Source: an uncultured Trueperaceae bacterium (GTDB lineage Bacteria > Deinococcota > Deinococci > Deinococcales > Trueperaceae). Taken from it: a DNA stretch of 64,000 nucleotides. The notes under the pieces are model-generated. The model made no database searches and was not told the origin of the DNA. It worked only from the letters and a program-made list of their open reading frames with translations. The translations under genes and the position numbers were made by a program. Positions 62,040-64,000 of this stretch are shown here, piece by piece (position 1 is the first letter of the stretch; every line of letters begins with the position of its first letter). The stretch lies in the NCBI GenBank assembly GCA_963799485.1, contig CAWCXJ010000013.1, positions 352,001-416,000 on the forward strand, written 5' to 3'.

Positions 62040-62163
62040 CTGCACTGTAACCGCTGCTGTGAAAGCTGTGAAGTAGCATGCTGTGAAATATCCCAGCGAC
62101 GCCTTTACCGGGGCGTTGCTAGACTTTCGGCGTGGCCATTCAGCCGGTAAAGCCAAAACGTAG

Positions 62164-64000
62164 ATGAACCGGCGCGTCGTCGGTGGGTTTGTCGTCCCGC
62201 TGCTCCTAGCTCTTTTTACCTCGCTGGTCGTTTTTCAGATTGTCCGGACGTATAACCGCAACGTCGCCAGCGTCACGGCGGCGAGCCGCACCGCCGGCAA
62301 CCTCAACATCCTGATTAAAACCGTTATCGACGCTGAAACGGGTCAGCGCGGGTTTGCCATTACCGGCAATGAAACGTTTTTAGAACCGTACCGCTCGAGT
62401 ACCGCAGGTTTCGGCGTCGCACTGTCGGCGCTGCGCCGGGCACTCCCCGACGAGCGCAGTCAAAAGACCTTGGGCGCGGTTGAAGCGCTTTTCGAGCGCT
62501 GGCAGCGGGAGGTTGCGGGCGTCGTGATTCAGGCGCGGCGGCGGACGCCGGTAGAGTTTAGCGGCGCGCTAGGAGACGCGGGCGCGGCGCTGACCGAGGC
62601 GCGCGTCGCCGCATTACGTTATGAACTTACCGGTAACCCGATCTTTGTAAGCCGCGCCGAAGTTCGGCTCGAGCGGGCGCAGAATCAGCTGCAGCGGGCG
62701 CTCTTGTCGGGTATTCGGGGTGAAAAGCTGACCGCCGTGCGTGCCGCTGCTGCCCGGCTAGATGAACTTGGCAGCGCGGGGGACGTAGCGGGGGACGTAG
62801 CGCGCACGAACGCTTTGGCGGGCGCGCAAGCGCTCGACGATACGCTCTCCCGGCTGGCGACCGAGGCTGAAACCGCTGAAGCGGGTGTGACCGCGCTGAT
62901 TCGGGCGGGCGCGGGCAAACAGCTTACCGACGAGATTCGCACGCGGGTCGGGGAGCTTTTAGGTGGGGTCAACAACACGCTGGCGCGTACCCTCGAGGCC
63001 GGCAGCACAGGCACCCAAAGAACGCAGTGGGTCGCCTTTTTCGGCCCGCTATTTGCCGCACTGATGAGTTTACTGGTGATTTTGCAGGGACAGCGGCAGC
63101 TCGAGCGTTCAGTCAGGCAGCTCGGCGCGGTCGTCGAGGCGGTCGCGGCGGGGCAGCTCGAGCGCCGCCTCACACTCCCGCCACGCGATGAGCTGTATTC
63201 CTTAGCCGAGAACTTCAACCGTATGGCCGACAGGCTGAGCGAACGCGAAGGGCAAAACGCACAGCTCGGCGAGTTTGGCAACACCTTGCAGACGTGTAAA
63301 ACAGCGGAAGAGGCGTACCGCGTCACTGAGGAGTTTGCGCCGAAGCTGTTCGGGCTGTTTTCCGGGACGCTCTACCGGGTCAGTGAACCGCGCAACGTGT
63401 TAGAGGAGGTCGCACACTGGGGTGGTAAAATAGCGGACGCTACAGCGCCGATCTATACCCTGTCCGACTGCTGGGCGCTGCGCCGGGGCAAGTTACAGGT
63501 TGTCGACGGCGAACGCGGGATCGTCTGCCTGCACGCGCCTGCGCCGACGACAAGCCTCTGCGCGCCCCTGGTAACCCAAAATGAAACCTTGGGCGTGCTT
63601 TACCTCTACGCGCACAACCCGGCAGCGCGGTTTAGCGAGGCAACCGAGCACTTTGTCGGCACGGTTGCCGAACAGCTGGCGCTGGCCCTGTCCAACCTGC
63701 GGCTACGCGAAAGTTTGTTGCAACAGTCCATCCGCGACCCGTTGACCGGCCTTTTTAACCGGCGGCATCTGGAAGAGACGCTGGACCTCGAGCTGCACCG
63801 CGCAGCCCGCAGAGAAGAACCCATCAGCGCCGTTATGTTCGACGTCGACCACTTCAAGCGTTACAACGACCTGCACGGACACGACGCTGGAGACGCCGTC
63901 CTTCGGGCCTTGGGCGGGCTGGTGCAGCGTTACATCCGTGCCGGAGACGTTGCCTGTCGCTACGGGGGTGAGGAGTTTTTACTGCTTCAACCGGGCATGT
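62164..64000 (+). CDS. Membrane sensor diguanylate cyclase CHASE3-HAMP-GAF-GGDEF (runs off the window)
   Basis: Not in the ORF track. From ATG 62164: TM, DAETGQRGFAITG..FLEPY, TM, DEL..LAENFNRMA, GAF, then DPLTGLFNRR, DVDHFKRYND, RAGD I-site and RYGGEEF. Confidence 0.93.
   Translation, partial: MNRRVVGGFVVPLLLALFTSLVVFQIVRTYNRNVASVTAASRTAGNLNILIKTVIDAETGQRGFAITGNETFLEPYRSSTAGFGVALSALRRALPDERSQKTLGAVEALFERWQREVAGVVIQARRRTPVEFSGALGDAGAALTEARVAALRYELTGNPIFVSRAEVRLERAQNQLQRALLSGIRGEKLTAVRAAAARLDELGSAGDVAGDVARTNALAGAQALDDTLSRLATEAETAEAGVTALIRAGAGKQLTDEIRTRVGELLGGVNNTLARTLEAGSTGTQRTQWVAFFGPLFAALMSLLVILQGQRQLERSVRQLGAVVEAVAAGQLERRLTLPPRDELYSLAENFNRMADRLSEREGQNAQLGEFGNTLQTCKTAEEAYRVTEEFAPKLFGLFSGTLYRVSEPRNVLEEVAHWGGKIADATAPIYTLSDCWALRRGKLQVVDGERGIVCLHAPAPTTSLCAPLVTQNETLGVLYLYAHNPAARFSEATEHFVGTVAEQLALALSNLRLRESLLQQSIRDPLTGLFNRRHLEETLDLELHRAARREEPISAVMFDVDHFKRYNDLHGHDAGDAVLRALGGLVQRYIRAGDVACRYGGEEFLLLQPGM

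Noticed and set aside
61730..62050. T-box, cobalamin or c-di-GMP-I riboswitch (AAGGTGGTAAC, CACTGTAA and CGCAAAACC fragments)
   Set aside because: Only isolated short matches, with wrong spacing and missing core elements.

Overview
A GC-rich bacterial chromosome segment. Deinococcota (possibly Trueperaceae-like) is inferred from gene content and many leaderless TANNNT-N5-7-start genes. Positions 1-13.7 kb hold an L-arabinose/arabinan locus: araA, two GH43 genes (one frameshifted), GH51, a sugar ABC transporter, araD and araB. Three copies of a TGTGAACGWTCACA operator sit at its three promoters, and it unexpectedly contains a secreted FG-GAP/ASPIC-UnbV protein fused to a vanadium-haloperoxidase-type domain. 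Housekeeping genes follow (uvrA, lysA-like, CoA-disulfide reductase, lgt, sucCD, ddl, glk, ppc, ymdB), along with a sulfatase/GT-C/GT2 cluster, an osmoprotectant ABC transporter and a truncated CHASE3-HAMP-GAF-GGDEF gene. There are two accessory patches: an Mrr-like nuclease, a complete IS1 and a run of decayed toxin-antitoxin genes (34.4-37.8 kb), and a nested IS630/IS982/IS3/62-bp MITE/IS4-like graveyard (52.4-54.3 kb). The best candidates for undescribed biology are an ExbB-ExbD operon whose TonB/TolA-like third gene ends in a DUF3048/YerB-type domain, and the FG-GAP-haloperoxidase fusion. Further candidates are a window-wide HIP1-like excess of CTCGAG, tiny mini-hairpin insertions at G^AC sites, and a two-unit CRISPR-like repeat. 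All calls come from reading the sequence by eye; no database searches were run.
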